Assembly: GCA_964016885.1 (NCBI GenBank) | Contig: CAXHJY010001472.1 | Coordinates: 124,001-188,000 of the forward strand | DNA: 64,000 bases | Source of the DNA: Eledone cirrhosa | Lineage: Eukaryota | Reading direction: 5' to 3' | In this document: in pieces, positions 10,474 through 23,829 of the stretch | Numbering within the stretch: the first letter of the stretch is position 1 | How the letters are laid out: each line of letters starts with the position of its first letter | Notes under the pieces: generated by a model | What the model was told of the DNA's origin: nothing | The model's input: the letters and a program-made list of their open reading frames with translations, nothing else | The model's database searches: none | Program-made: the position numbers and the translations under genes

Positions 10474-12520
10474 ACTTCATCATACGTCCGCTTTTCCATG
10501 CTTGCAAGGGTGGGGTGGGAGCTGATTCTGGATTGGTTTCTACAGCTGGGTGCCCTTCCTGACGCCAACCCCGTTTGCAGTGAGTGCTGGGTGCTTTTTT
10601 TTTTCCGTGGCACCTCCACGTCAGCTTTACAGTGTGGGCTGGGTGCTTTTTGGCCGCGGCCCCTCCACGACCACTTTGCGGTGGGGCGGTGGGGTGGTAT
10701 GTGTATACCCAGCCCATTGTCATTTGCCACACAGAAAAGCTTATAGCATCGTTCTTTACCCACGATGAATCTAGCAGACCCACCCCTCCACCTGGTCTCT
10801 TGAATACAACAAACATCGACCTCCTTACGTTCAAGCATTTCTACAACCTCGTTAGAGCCACCCTATAAGGTGCCTACATTAATGGTACCAACTCTGAAGT
10901 TTTGGATTGCGTTTGGAGGTTGGGAGCGGTGGGGAGCGGGTTGGGGTTAGGGTTAGCCATCCGCGGCCGAAACAAAGAGGAGGAGCCCTTGCATTCTCGT
11001 CCATGAGGTGGATTTGTCTTTATGTATGTATATGTATATATGTATGTATGTGTGTGTATGTATGTATATGTATATATGAGTGTATATGTGTATATGTATG
11101 TATATGTATGTGTATGTATGTGTATATATGTGTATATGTATGTGTTTGTATATATGTGTGTGTATGTATATATGTGTGTGTACGTATATATATATATGTA
11201 TGTATGTGTATATGTATGTATATGTATGTATGTGTATGTATATGTGTGTATGTATGTATATATGTATGTATGTGTATATATGTATGTATGTATATGTATA
11301 TATACGTGTGTATATGTATATATACTTATGTGTATATGCTTATGTATGTGTATGTATGTATATTTATATATATATATCTATGTATGTGTATGTATGTATA
11401 TATATGTATGTATATGTGTATGTATGTGTATGTATGTATGTATGTGTATATATCTATGTATGTATATATATATGTATGTATATGTATATGTATGTGTATG
11501 TATATGTATATGTATATGGAGGCACATGGCTTAGTGGTTCGAGCATTGGTCTGGCAATCGAAAGGTTGTGAGTTCAATTCTCAGACCGGGTGATGTGTTG
11601 TTTCCTTGAGCAAGACACTTTATTTCACATTGCTCCAGTTTACTCAGCTGTAGAAATGAGATGATAGGGACTGGGGTCCATATCATTCCACTGCAAAGTG
11701 GTCGTGGAGGTGCCACGGCAAAAAAGCACCCAGGACTCACTGTAAATGAGGTTGGTGTTAGGAAGGGCATCCAGCTGTAGAAATCAAGCCAGAATCAGTT
11801 CCCGTCCCACATTTGCAAGCAGGGAAAAAGCGGACTTAAAACGAAATAATGATGATGATGATGATGATGTATGTATGTATGTGTATATGTATGTATGTAT
11901 GTATATGTATGTATGTGTATGAGATGCAGTTTGGTTTTGTGCCGCTGAAAAGTGCAACAGATGCCCTCTTCTTAGTGAGACAACTACAAAAGAGGTTCTT
12001 AGAGAAAAATAAGCCACTATACTTAGCTTTGGACATAGAGAAGGCTTTTGATAGAGAGCTCTTATAAATGACAACATATATATATGTGTGTGTATATATA
12101 TGTTTTTTTTAAAACTATATATTTATTACTCCCTTAAGCAGAAGAAATATATTCCCAGATATCGAAGATTACCACAATAACTAGGGAGCGGAAATCAATA
12201 GATGCTGGACATTGCTGCTGAGGGTAGGATGACCTGATGAGCTGGCTCCTGTGGTTGATACCTAAACATAGTAAGAGCCAAGTGGGATGACTGAGGTTCA
12301 CCTACATACATCAGATGTCTCTGGATCTCCAGCTGGAGATTAATGATCTCAGGAATGCCATGAAAAATCGTGACATCTAAAAAAGAAGAGTAGAATTGTT
12401 CTGGCCAATCCACCTGACCTAATAAACAATAATAATATTAATATATATTGATGAAAATTAATTATGGTGAAATATCTTAGAAATCATTCTCAGAGGTTTT
12501 GTATTGTAATCCACACTTGC

Positions 12521-14474
12521 TCCTTGTGGCTTCTGATGCAGACATCATGTCCGCCATCAGGTCCTTCCCAGCTAGCAGCTGCGGAGATGTTGATGGTCTC
12601 TGACCAGGCCTCCTCAAGGAGTTGATATCTCCCCTCTCCGCTGAGGCCGGGCGCCGCCTTCTGAGTGCAATTGTGGCGCTCACCAATAGGCTCATCCATG
12701 GCGCCCTGGACTCTTATGCTCGAGGCCTCTTTTTTTCGGCCAGCCTCACCGCTCTCAGGAAGAAAGAGGATGGCATACGCCCCATTGCTGTGGGCAATGT
12801 CTTCCGGAGGCTGGCTGCCAAGGTAATCTGCAAGTCCGTAACACTCGGAACCGGCATCCAGGGACTCCAGCCACCTCATTGTCAAGTTTGACATGAGGAA
12901 TGCCTTCAACTCTTTACGCTGGGATCATCTGCTCGAGGCCTGCCTCAGCCGAGCCCCCTCTGCCTACCTGTCATATGGAGCCCCAAGCATGCGCCATGCT
13001 GCTGATACGGTCATACCCTTGGCTACTGGGATCCAACAGGGCAACCCTTTGGGACCCCTCCTGTTCACCCTTGGTATTGACCACATCGCCTGGAGTATAA
13101 CGGCCCCTCTCAACGTTTGGTATCTGGATGATGCTACTTTGGGTGGGCCCGTACAGGCGGTCTGCCATGACCTTCAATCGGTGGTTCCTGCCCTGGCGGG
13201 AATCGACCTCCAGGTCAACTCAGCCAAGTCGGAGGTGGTGAATGTCAGCCTCGCTACTGCAAGCTTTGCAGTCTCCGTCTTGGACGTGCGGTCCATTCTC
13301 CGCCAGGTTCAGGTGACCCCCTCACCGATCCACCCGCCGGCCATCCGCTCCTCCATCAAGTCCAGACTCTCACGAGCCGACTGGGCTTGATTGATGGCCA
13401 CCCAGTTCTCTTTCTGCTGAGGAACTGCTACGCCATGCCGAAGCTCCTCTATACACTCTGTGCTACACCTAAACTTGTATCCGAGCAGCAGCCGATGAGA
13501 TATGCAACTTTACCTGTCAGGTATGGCGGCCTTCGCCTCCAGTCCCCGATCTCACTAGCTTTGCCGACATATCTTTCGTCGGTAACCTCGTACCACGTCC
13601 TCTTCAGCAGGGTTCTTCAAAACACAACAGAACCCTCTGTGTTCAGAGAACGCGTGGCCGCCTGTGAGACGTGGCACCGGCTGGGACTTAGCCCAGTAGA
13701 CGTTCCTCCTCCTTCTCCCCCTGTTGACGTCAAGTCCCCCCCAACACACTTGGGATGCCATCCAGTGCAGCCTGGCCTCAGACAGGCTCACGTGCCAGCT
13801 CGACCAGCACCGCCTTGTTTGTTTTCGTGCAGCCTCCAAACCCCACAGTGGGGCCTGGCTCCATGCCCTGCCCTCCTTCTCCACTCGCACGCAGCTAGAC
13901 AACAATAGCTTGCGCATCGGCGTTTCCCTGAGGCTCGGCCTCACACCAATGTCGCTGCCGTTCCACCATGGACTCTTTCGGCCTCCACCCGCAATCCACG
14001 CCATGCTGCCCTCAACGAAGTCATTAAGCATGGCTTGGACGCTGCAGGCTTCCCTTCCCAGCTCGAGGGGACGGCAAAAGGCTAGATGGCATGACCATCT
14101 TCCCGTTCCGCGGTGGCAAACCACTCGTCTGGGATGCCACTTGCACCGACACTTTCTGCAGCCGCAACCTGGTGCAGTCTGCGACTGGCCCAGGTTCTGC
14201 TGCACGTCAGGCTGAGGGGGCCAAACTCCTCACATATCGTTCACTCTCCGACAGGTTTGCGGTCGTACCCCTGGAAGTGGAGACTTCTGGTGTCCTCGGC
14301 CCCAGGGCTACCTCCTTACTCACCACCATAGGCGCTGAGCTGGCCAGCCGCAGGTGTGAGCCCCGCGAGTTGGAGTGGCTTTTCCAGCGCGTCTCCCTTG
14401 CCGTGCTCCGGGGAAACGCCTTCTCCATTCTGTCCGCCGGGGCTGTGGGTGGGTCCCATCGCGTACCGTTATGA
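12521..14474 (+). mobile_element. CRE-clade retrotransposon pseudocopy 3
   Basis: Same motifs, with extra 14-bp (~13320) and 26-bp (~13992) deletions. Confidence 0.9.
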
Positions 14475-16315
14475 ATGTATACAAAACAACTAAATCTCTT
14501 AAATAACTTCACTTATATCCAAAACATGATTTGTATATACATCAACAGTGACTCATTATTATACGCCAGTCACGACCCCACTGCAAAAACGATATCTATA
14601 TAACAACCCCACCGTAAAACTACTCTTCCCCACTTTACAAACACTTTATATTATTTGTCATTAAGGTTTCTTAAAATAAATATATATACGTATGTGTAGT
14701 AATTAGTACGGAGACTGAGAGAGAAGGGGCGAGTGTGTCTTCATGGAGGGCACATGGGACCAGCAAAGCCCTAAAAGTAGAGACCAGTAAATGAGATAAG
14801 GTCCTAGCTATGTTAAGAATATAAATAAGAAACATGTTCTATACATTTAAGAAGACAAGAGAAACATGTTCTAAACATTTAAGAAATAATTATTTACCTC
14901 TTTCATGTCGGTAATATAGCGGTGTTATAAAACTAATTATAACGACCGGTGTTAAAATAGAGAGAGATAGACAGATAAATGTGTGTCACACTCTCTTTAA
15001 ATCTTTTACACTATCTAACTCGTACTTCTCACACTCTCTTTAAATCTTTTACTCTATCTACCTCTCATTTCTATCTGTGTATGTATGTATGTATCTGTCT
15101 ATGTGTAACTCGGTGTACTGGAGCAATATGAAGTGAAGTGTCTTGCTCAAGAAGACATTTTGTGGAGTTATATCATCGTTTCTTGTTATAAAGCTACTTA
15201 TACTACCGGCGTAACAGTGGCTATAGGTGATAGATGTAGAAATAAAAGGCTGTAACAGCGATATAAATATAGATGAAATAGTTTACCACGAGACTAAGAA
15301 TGAATGTTTAATGGAATTAAGTGTAATCTAATAGGAAATAAGAGGCTAGAGCAGCGAAATGTTTACGTAAAATAAAAGAACAACAAACAAGAGTGCAACA
15401 TTGAAATTTTTTTTTTTTTTTTGTCGATATAAGCGTTATTTTATGCGCGATTTGCCTTGCTGCCGGCGCTGCTCAGTCAGTAGCAGCCCCGCTTACGAAC
15501 TTCAGGAGCCAACGACTTTACATGGTTCGAATCTCACCCTCTCCGCTCTTGTCGAGTTATCTCCTACTCTTTTTACTTAGTTCCAGGTCATTAAAATAGA
15601 GCAAAGAGGGCGCGGCGATCGGCATATGCACTGGCTACAATGTTGAACTTTGGTACTGACTGCGTAGTTGAACGTTCCACATACCAACCGCCCAACTGGC
15701 CAGTCAACCGCATATGCGGCTGGCTGGCCGGTTGGGTAGTTGGCATATGTACTGGCTACCATGCTGAACATTGTACTGACTGTCAAGTTGAACGTTCTAA
15801 CCCTCTCTTTACATCTATTACTCTATCTACCGCTTATTTCTCCCCCTCTCTTTACTTCTATAACTCTATCTCCCACTCTCTTTACATCTATTACAGTGTC
15901 TCCCTGTATATATACACGTATATATGCACTAGATTTTATAAGAAATCTACGTAATAATATAATTAACAATAGTTGATGAATTAGACCAGAGTTAATTAAA
16001 CAATAAATATGAATGAAATAGCAGTAGATGGCGAAACTTGAGTGTTGTGTGTGCATACATATATATGAGGTAAACTGGTTCAAATACTGTCAGGATTATA
16101 TTGGATCAAAGACTGTATTAAATAGAAAGTAAAAAATGAAGTGAAAATATAAAAACAAACTGAAAATTTCCCCATCCCTAGAAAAATTCATATCTTGTTA
16201 TATATAGATAATTGGCGCTTTAAATTGAATAAATATTCATTTATATATATATATATATGTATATATATATGTACACTGATATATATGTGTGTATATATAT
16301 ATGTGTATATATATA

Positions 16316-16386
<71 letters not shown>

Positions 16387-18453
16387 ACTTCATCATACGT
16401 CCGCTTTTCCATGCTTGAAAGGGTGGGGTGGGAGCTGATTCTGGATTGGTTTCTACAGCTGGGTGCCCTTCCTGACGCCAACCCCGTTTGCAGTGAGTGC
16501 TGGGTGCTTTTTTTTTTCCGTGGCACCTCCACGTCAGCTTTACAGTGTGGGCTGGGTGCTTTTTGGCCGCGGCCCCTCCACGACCACTTTGCGGTGGGGC
16601 GGTGGGGTGGTATGTGTATACCCAGCCCATTGTCATTTGCCACACAGAAAAGCGTATAGCATCGTTCTTTACCCACGATGAATCTAGCAGACCCACCCCT
16701 CCACCTGGTCTCTTGAATACAACAAACATCGACCTCGTTACGTTCAAGCATTTCTACAACCTCGTTAGAGCCACCCTATAAGGTGCCTACATTAATGGTA
16801 CCAACTCTGAAGTTTTGGATTGCGTTTGGAGGTTGGGAGCAGTGGGGAGCGGGGATGGGGTTAGGGTTAGCCATCCGCGGCCGAAACAAAGAGGAGGAGC
16901 CCTTGCATTCTCGTCCATGAGGTGGATTTGTCTTTATGTATGTATATGTATATATGTATGTATGTGTGTGTATGTATGTATATGTATATATGAGTGTATA
17001 TGTGTATATGTATGTATATGTATGTGTATGTATGTGTATATATGTGTATATGTATGTGTTTGTATATATGTGTGTGTATGTATATATGTGTGTGTATGTA
17101 TATATATATATGTATGTATGTGTATATGTATGTATATGTATGTATGTGTATATGTATATATGTATGTATATGTGTGTATGTATGTATATATGTATGTATG
17201 TGTATATATGTATGTATGTATATGTATATATACGTGTGTATATGTATATATACTTATGTGTATATGCTTATGTATGTGTATGTGTGTATATTTATATTAT
17301 GTATATATATATATCTATGTATGTGTATGTATGTATATATATGTATGTATATGTGTATGTATGTGTATGTATGTATGTGTATATATGTATGTATGTATAT
17401 ATATATGTATGTATATGTATGTGTATGTATATGTATATGTATATGGAGGCACATGGCTTAGTGGTTCGAGCATTGGCCTGGCAATCGAAAGGTTGTGAGT
17501 TCAATTCTCAGACCGGGTGATGTGTTGTTTCCTTGAGCAAGACACTTTATTTCACATTGCTCCAGTTTACTCAGCTGTAGAAATGAGATGATAGGGACTG
17601 GGGTCCATATCATTCCACTGCAAAGTGGTCGTGGAGGTGCCACGGCAAAAAAGCACTCAGCACTCACTGTAAATGAGGTTGGTGTTAGGAAGGGCATCCA
17701 GCTGTAGAAATCAAGCCAGAATCAGTTCCCGTCCCACCCTTGCAAGCAGGGAAAAAGCGGACTTAAAACGAAATGATGATGATGATGATGATGATGATGA
17801 TGTATGTATGTATGTGTATATGTATGTATGTATGTATATGTATGTATGTGTATGAGATGCAGTTTGGTTTTGTGCCGCTGAAAAGTGCAACAGATGCCCT
17901 CTTCTTAGTGAGACAACTACAAAAGAGGTTCTTAGAGAAAAATAAGCCACTATACTTAGCTTTGGACATAGAGAAGGCTTTTGATAGAGAACTCTTATAA
18001 ATGACAACATATATATATGTGTGTGTATATATATGTTTTTTTTAAAACTATATATTTATTACTCCCTTAAGCAGAAGAAATATATTCCCAGATATCGAAG
18101 ATTACCACAATAACTAGGGAGCGGAAATCAATAGATGCTGGACATTGCTGCTGAGGGTAGGATGACCTGATGAGCTGGCTCCTGTGGTGGATACCTAAAC
18201 ATAGTAAGACCCTAGTGGGATGACTGAGGTTCACCTACATACATCAGATGTCTCTGGATCTCCAGCTGGAGATTAATGATCTCAGGAATGCCATGAAAAA
18301 TCGTGACATCTAAAAAAGAAGAGTAGAATTGTTCTGGCCAATCCACCTGACCTAATAAACAATAATAATATTAATATATATTGATGAAAATTAATTATGG
18401 TGAAATATCTTAGAAATCATTCTCAGAGGTTTTGTATTGTAATCCACACTTGC

Positions 18454-20445
18454 TCGTTGTGGCTTCTGATGCAGACATCATGTCCGCCATCAGGTCCTTC
18501 CCAGCTAGCAGCTGCGGTGATGTTGATGGTCTCTGACCAGGCCTCCTCAAGGAGTTGACATCTCCCCTCTCCGCTGAGGCCGGGCGCCGCCTTCTGAGTG
18601 CAATTGTGGCGCTCACCAATAGGCTCATCCATGGCGCCCTGGACTCTTATGCTCGAGGCCTCTTTTTTTCAGCCAGCTTCACCGCTCTCAGGAAGAAAGA
18701 GGGTGGCATACGCCCCATTGCTGTGGGCAATGTCTTCCGGAGGCTGGCTGCCAAGGTAACCTGCAAGTCCGTAACACTCGGAACCGGCATCCAGGGACTC
18801 CAGCCACCTCATTGTCAAGTTTGACATGAGGAATGCCTTCAACTCTTTACGCTGGGATCATCTGCTCGAGGCCTGCCTCAGCCGAGCCCCCTCTGCCTAG
18901 CTGTCATATGGAGCCCCGAGCATGCGACATGCTGCTGATACGGTCATACCCTTGGCTACTGGGATCCAACAGGGCAACCCTTTGGGACCCCTCCTGTTCA
19001 CCCTTGGTATTGACCACATCGCCCGGAGTATAACGGCCCCTCTCAACGTTTGGTATCTGGATGATGCTACTTTGGGTGGGCCCGTACAGGCGGTCTGCCA
19101 TGACCTTCAATCGGTGGTTCCTGCCCTGGCGGGAATCGACCTCCAGGTCAACTCAGCCAAGTCGGAGGTGGTGAATGTCAGCCTCGATGCTGCAAGCTTT
19201 GCAGTCTCCGTCTTGGACGTGCGGTCCATTCTCCGCCAGGTTCAGGTGACCCCCAAAGAGGATGCCCTCACCGATCCACCCGCCGGCCATCCGCTCCACC
19301 ATCAAGTTCAGACTCTCACGAGCCGACTGGGCTTGATTGATGGCCACCCAGTTCTCTTTCTGCTGAGGAACTGCTACGCCATGCCGAAGCTCCTCTATAC
19401 ACTCTGTGCTACACCCAGACTTGTATCCGAGCAGCAGCCGATGAGATATGCAACTTTACCTATCAGGTATGGCGACCTTCGCCTCCAGTCCCCGATCTCA
19501 CTAGCTTTGCCGGCGTATCTTTCGTCGGTAACCTCGTACCACGTCCATCTCAGCAGGGTTCTTCAAAACACAACAGAACCCTCTGTGTTCAGAGAACGCG
19601 TGGCCGCCTGTGAGACGTGGCACCGGCTGGGACTTAGCCCAGTAGACGTTCCTCCTCCTTCTCCCCCTGTTGACGTCAAGTCCCCCCAACACACTTGGGA
19701 TGCCATCCAGTGCAGCCTGGCCTCAGACAGGCTCACGTGCCAGCTCGACCAGCACCGCCTTGTTTGTTTTCGTGCGGCCTCCAAACCCCACAGTGGGGCC
19801 TGGCTCCATGCCCTGCCCTCCTTCTCCACTCGCACGCAGCTAGACAACCATAGCTTGCGCATCGGCGTTTCCCTGAGGCTCGGCCTCACACCAATGTCGC
19901 TGCCGTTCCACCATGGACTCTTTCGGCCTCCACCCGCTTTCCTGTCGCCACAGTGCCAGCCGCAATCCACGCCATGCTGCCCTCAACGAAATCATTAAGC
20001 ATGGCTTGGACGCTGCAGGCTTCCCTTCCCAGCTCCAGGGGACGGCAAAAGGCCAGATGGCATGACCATCTTCCCGTTCCGCGGTGGCAAACCCCTCGTC
20101 TGGGATGCCACTTGCACCGACACTTTCTGCAGCCGCAACCTGGTGCAGTCTGCGACTGGCCCAGGTTCTGCTGCACGTCAGGCTGAGAGGGCCAAACTCC
20201 TCACATATCGTTCACTCTCCGACAGGTTTGCGGTCGTACCCCTGGAAGTGGAGACTTCTGGTGTCCTCGACCCCAGGGCTACCTCCTTACTCACCACCAT
20301 AGGCGCTGAGCTGGCCAGTCGCAGGTGTGAGCCCCGCGAGTTGGAGTGGCTTTTCCAGCGCGTCTCCCTTGCCGTGCTCCGGGGAAACGCCTTCTCCATT
20401 CTGTCCGCCGGGGCTGTGGGTGGGCCCCATCGCGTACCGTTATAG
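18454..20445 (+). mobile_element. CRE-clade retrotransposon copy 4 (least degraded; 358-aa open RT segment 18922-19998)
   Basis: Lacks the two C-run frameshifts of the other copies and retains the KRPDG endonuclease motif. It has a private TAG at 18898-18900. Confidence 0.92.
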
Positions 20446-22189
20446 GTTGTTGAAGAAGAAACAGGGAGACAACAACTGGAATGTATACAAAACAACTAAA
20501 TCTCTTAAATAACTTCACTTATATCCAAAATATGATTTGTATATACATCAACAGTGACTCATTATTATACGCCAGTCACGACCCCACTGCAAAAACGATA
20601 TCTATATAACAACCCCACCGTAAAACTACTCTTCCCCACTTTACAAACACTTTATATTATTTGTCATTAAGGTTTCTTAAAATAAATATATATACGTATG
20701 TGTAGTAATTAGTACGGAGACTGAGAGAGAAGGGGCGAGTGTGTCTTCATGGAGGGCACATGGGACCAGCAAAGCCCTAAAAGTAGAGACCAGTAAATGA
20801 GATAAGGTCCTAGCTATGTTAAGAATATAAATAAGAAACATGTTCTATACATTTAAGAAGACAAGAGAAACATGTTCTAAACATTTAAGAAATAATTATT
20901 TACCTCTTTCATGTCGGTAATATAGCGGTGTTATAAAACTAATTATAACGACCGGTGTTAAAATAGAGAGAGATAGACAGATAAATGTGTGTCACACTCT
21001 CACCCTCTCTTTAAATCTTTTACTCTATCTACCTCTCATTTCTATCTGTGTATGTATGTATGTATCTGTCTATGTGTAACTCGGTGTACTGGAGCAATAT
21101 GAAGTGAAGTGTCTTGCTCAAGAAGACATTTTGTGGAGTTATATCATCGTTTCTTGTTATAAAGCTACTTATACTACCGGCGTAACAGTGGCTATAGGTG
21201 ATAGATGTAGAAATAAAAGGCTGTAACAGCGATATAAATATAGATGAAATAGTTTACCACGAGACTAAGAAAGAATGTTTAATGGAATTAAGTGTAATCT
21301 AATAGGAAATAAGAGGCTAGAGCAGCGAAATGTTTACGTAAAATAAAAGAACAACAAACAAGAGTGCAACATTGAAATTTTTGTTTTATTTTCTCGATAT
21401 AAGCGTTATTTTATGCGCGATTTGCCTTGCTGCCGGCGTTGGTCAGTCAGTAGCAGCCCCGCTTACGAAGTTCAGGAGCCAACGACTTTACATGGTTCGA
21501 ATCTCACCCTCTCCGCTCTTGTCGAGTTATCTCCTACTCTTTTTACTTAGTTCCAGGTCACTTAAATAGAGCAAAGAGGTCGCGGCGATCGGCATATGCA
21601 CTGGCTACAATGTTGAACTTTGGTACTGACTGTATAGTTGAACGTTCCACATACCAACCGCCCAACTGGCCAGTCAACCGCAAATACGGCTGGCTGGCCG
21701 GTTGGGTAGTTGGCATATGTACTGACTGTCAAGTTGAACGTTCTAACCCTCTCTTTACATCTATTGCTCTATCTACCGCTTATTTCTCTCCCTCTCTTTA
21801 CTTCTATAACTCTATCTCCCACTCTCTTTACATCTATTACACAGTGTCTCCCTGTATATATACACGTATATATGCACTAGATTTTATAAGAAATCTACGT
21901 AATAATATAATTAACAATAGTTGATGAATTAGACCAGAGTTAATTAAACAATAAATATGAATGAAATAGCAGTAGATGGCGAAACTTGAGTGTTGTGTGT
22001 GCATACATATATATGAGGTAAACTGGTTCAAATACTGTCAGGATTATATTGGATCAAAGACTGTATTAAATAGAAAGTAAAAAATGAAGTGAAAATATAA
22101 AAACAAACTGAAAATTTCCCCATCCCTAGAAAAATTCATATCTTGTTATATATAGATAATTGGCGCTTTAAATTGAATAAATATTCATT

Positions 22190-22224
<35 letters not shown>

Positions 22225-22665
22225 GTACACTGATATATATGTGTGTGTATATATATATATATATGTATGTGTATATGTGTACATATGTATGTGTATATAT
22301 ATACTAATATATATATATATATATCAACTTCATCATACGTCCGCTTTTCCATGCTTGCAAGGGTGGGGTGGCAGCTGATTCTGGATTGGTTTCTACAGCT
22401 GGGTGCCCTTCCTGACGCCAACCCAGTTTGCAGTGAGTGCTGGGTGCTTTTTTTTTTTCCGTGGCACCTCCACGTCAGCTTTACAGAGCGGGCTGGGTGC
22501 TTTTTTGCCGTGGCGCCTCCACGACCACTTTACGGTGGGGTGGTGGGGTGGTATGTGTATACCCAGCCCATTGTCATTTCCCACCCAGAAAAGTTCATAG
22601 CACCGTTCTTTACCCACGATGAATCTAGCAGACCCACCCCTCCACCTGGTCTCTTGAATACAACA

Positions 22666-23791
22666 GTGGTTTCACTAAAATAAAAATTAAATTAAATTAA
22701 ATTAAATTAATTATATTAGATAAATAGACATTGGGGTTCTCACCAAAGATTTTCAGTTATTTCTAAGAGATGTAAAAGGAAAATTAAAAAAAGATTAATA
22801 GGACACATTAGACATGTCTCCAAGCAAGAATTGAACTTACAGACAAGGATCTCACCATCTCTGGTACTTCCCACTAAGCCACCAAGACTGCTACAAAGGT
22901 CTATTGAAAATTAATATTTATAAACCTACTTTCAAAATATAACTAATTTAATTAAAAATAAAATAAAATAAATAGACATTGGCGTTCTCACAAAACTTTT
23001 TCAGTTCTTTTTTCTAAGAAATGTCAAAGGAATATATATATATATATATATATTTTATTTTTAATTTTATTTTGAAAGTAGGTTTATAAATATTAAATTT
23101 CAGTACATCTTTGTATCAGTCTCGGTAGCTTAGTGGGAAGTACCAGAGATGGTGAGATCCTGTTCTGGGTGTTCAATCCTGGTCTGAGGGTTGAATTGGG
23201 GACTCAGGTTCAATCCTGGTCCATGAGATACATGTAAGGTGTCATGTTAATCTTTTATAATTTTCTTTCTATATCTCTTTGAAAAAGAGAACCCCTATTT
23301 ATTTAATTATATTGAATTTAATTTTTTATTTTAGTTAAATTGTCGAAAACACTGAAGATCTAAAGGTTGAGGAGACAATATGTCTATTTTATCTGTCTCC
23401 TCTAACTTTAGATCACCAGTGGTTTTGACAATTTAACTAAAGTAAAATAAAATAAAATAAATTAAATTATATTAGATAAATAGACATTGGGGTTCTCACC
23501 AAAGATTTTCAGTTTTTTCTGAGGAAAATTTAAAAAAAGATTAACAGGACACATTACAGCAATGATTGAACTCCCAGACCAGGATTGAACCTACAGACAA
23601 GGACCTCACCATCTCTGGTACTTCCCACTAAGCCGCCAAGACTGCTACAAAGGTCTGCTGATAATTAATATTTATAAACCTAATTTCAAAATAAAATTAA
23701 TGTTATTAATTTTATTTAAAAATAAAATAAAATAAATAAACATTGGGGTTCTCACAAAACTTTTTCATTTTTTTTCTAAGAAATGTCAAAG

Positions 23792-23792
<1 letters not shown>
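22666..23792. repeat. Fold-back triplication (forward/inverted/forward, ~300-370-bp arms) carrying three tRNA-like heads
   Basis: 22666-23032 is a direct repeat of 23417-23792, and 23053-23355 is their reverse complement. The head ggtagcttagtgggaagtaccagagatggtgagatcc...gttcaatcc is on + at 23123-23180 and on - at ~22830-22885 and ~23583-23640. Confidence 0.85.

Positions 23793-23827
<35 letters not shown>

Positions 23828-23829
<2 letters not shown>

Larger units (their letters stand above)
1..22665 (+). repeat. Left block of ~5.9-kb tandem macrosatellite (copies 1-4; unit starts ~1, 5955, 11846, 17773; copy 4 truncated)
   Basis: Near-identical sequence and ORF sets recur. The RT landmark MRN(A/T)FNSL falls at 1052, 7005, 12893 and 18826 (spacings 5953, 5888, 5933). 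Confidence 0.98.
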
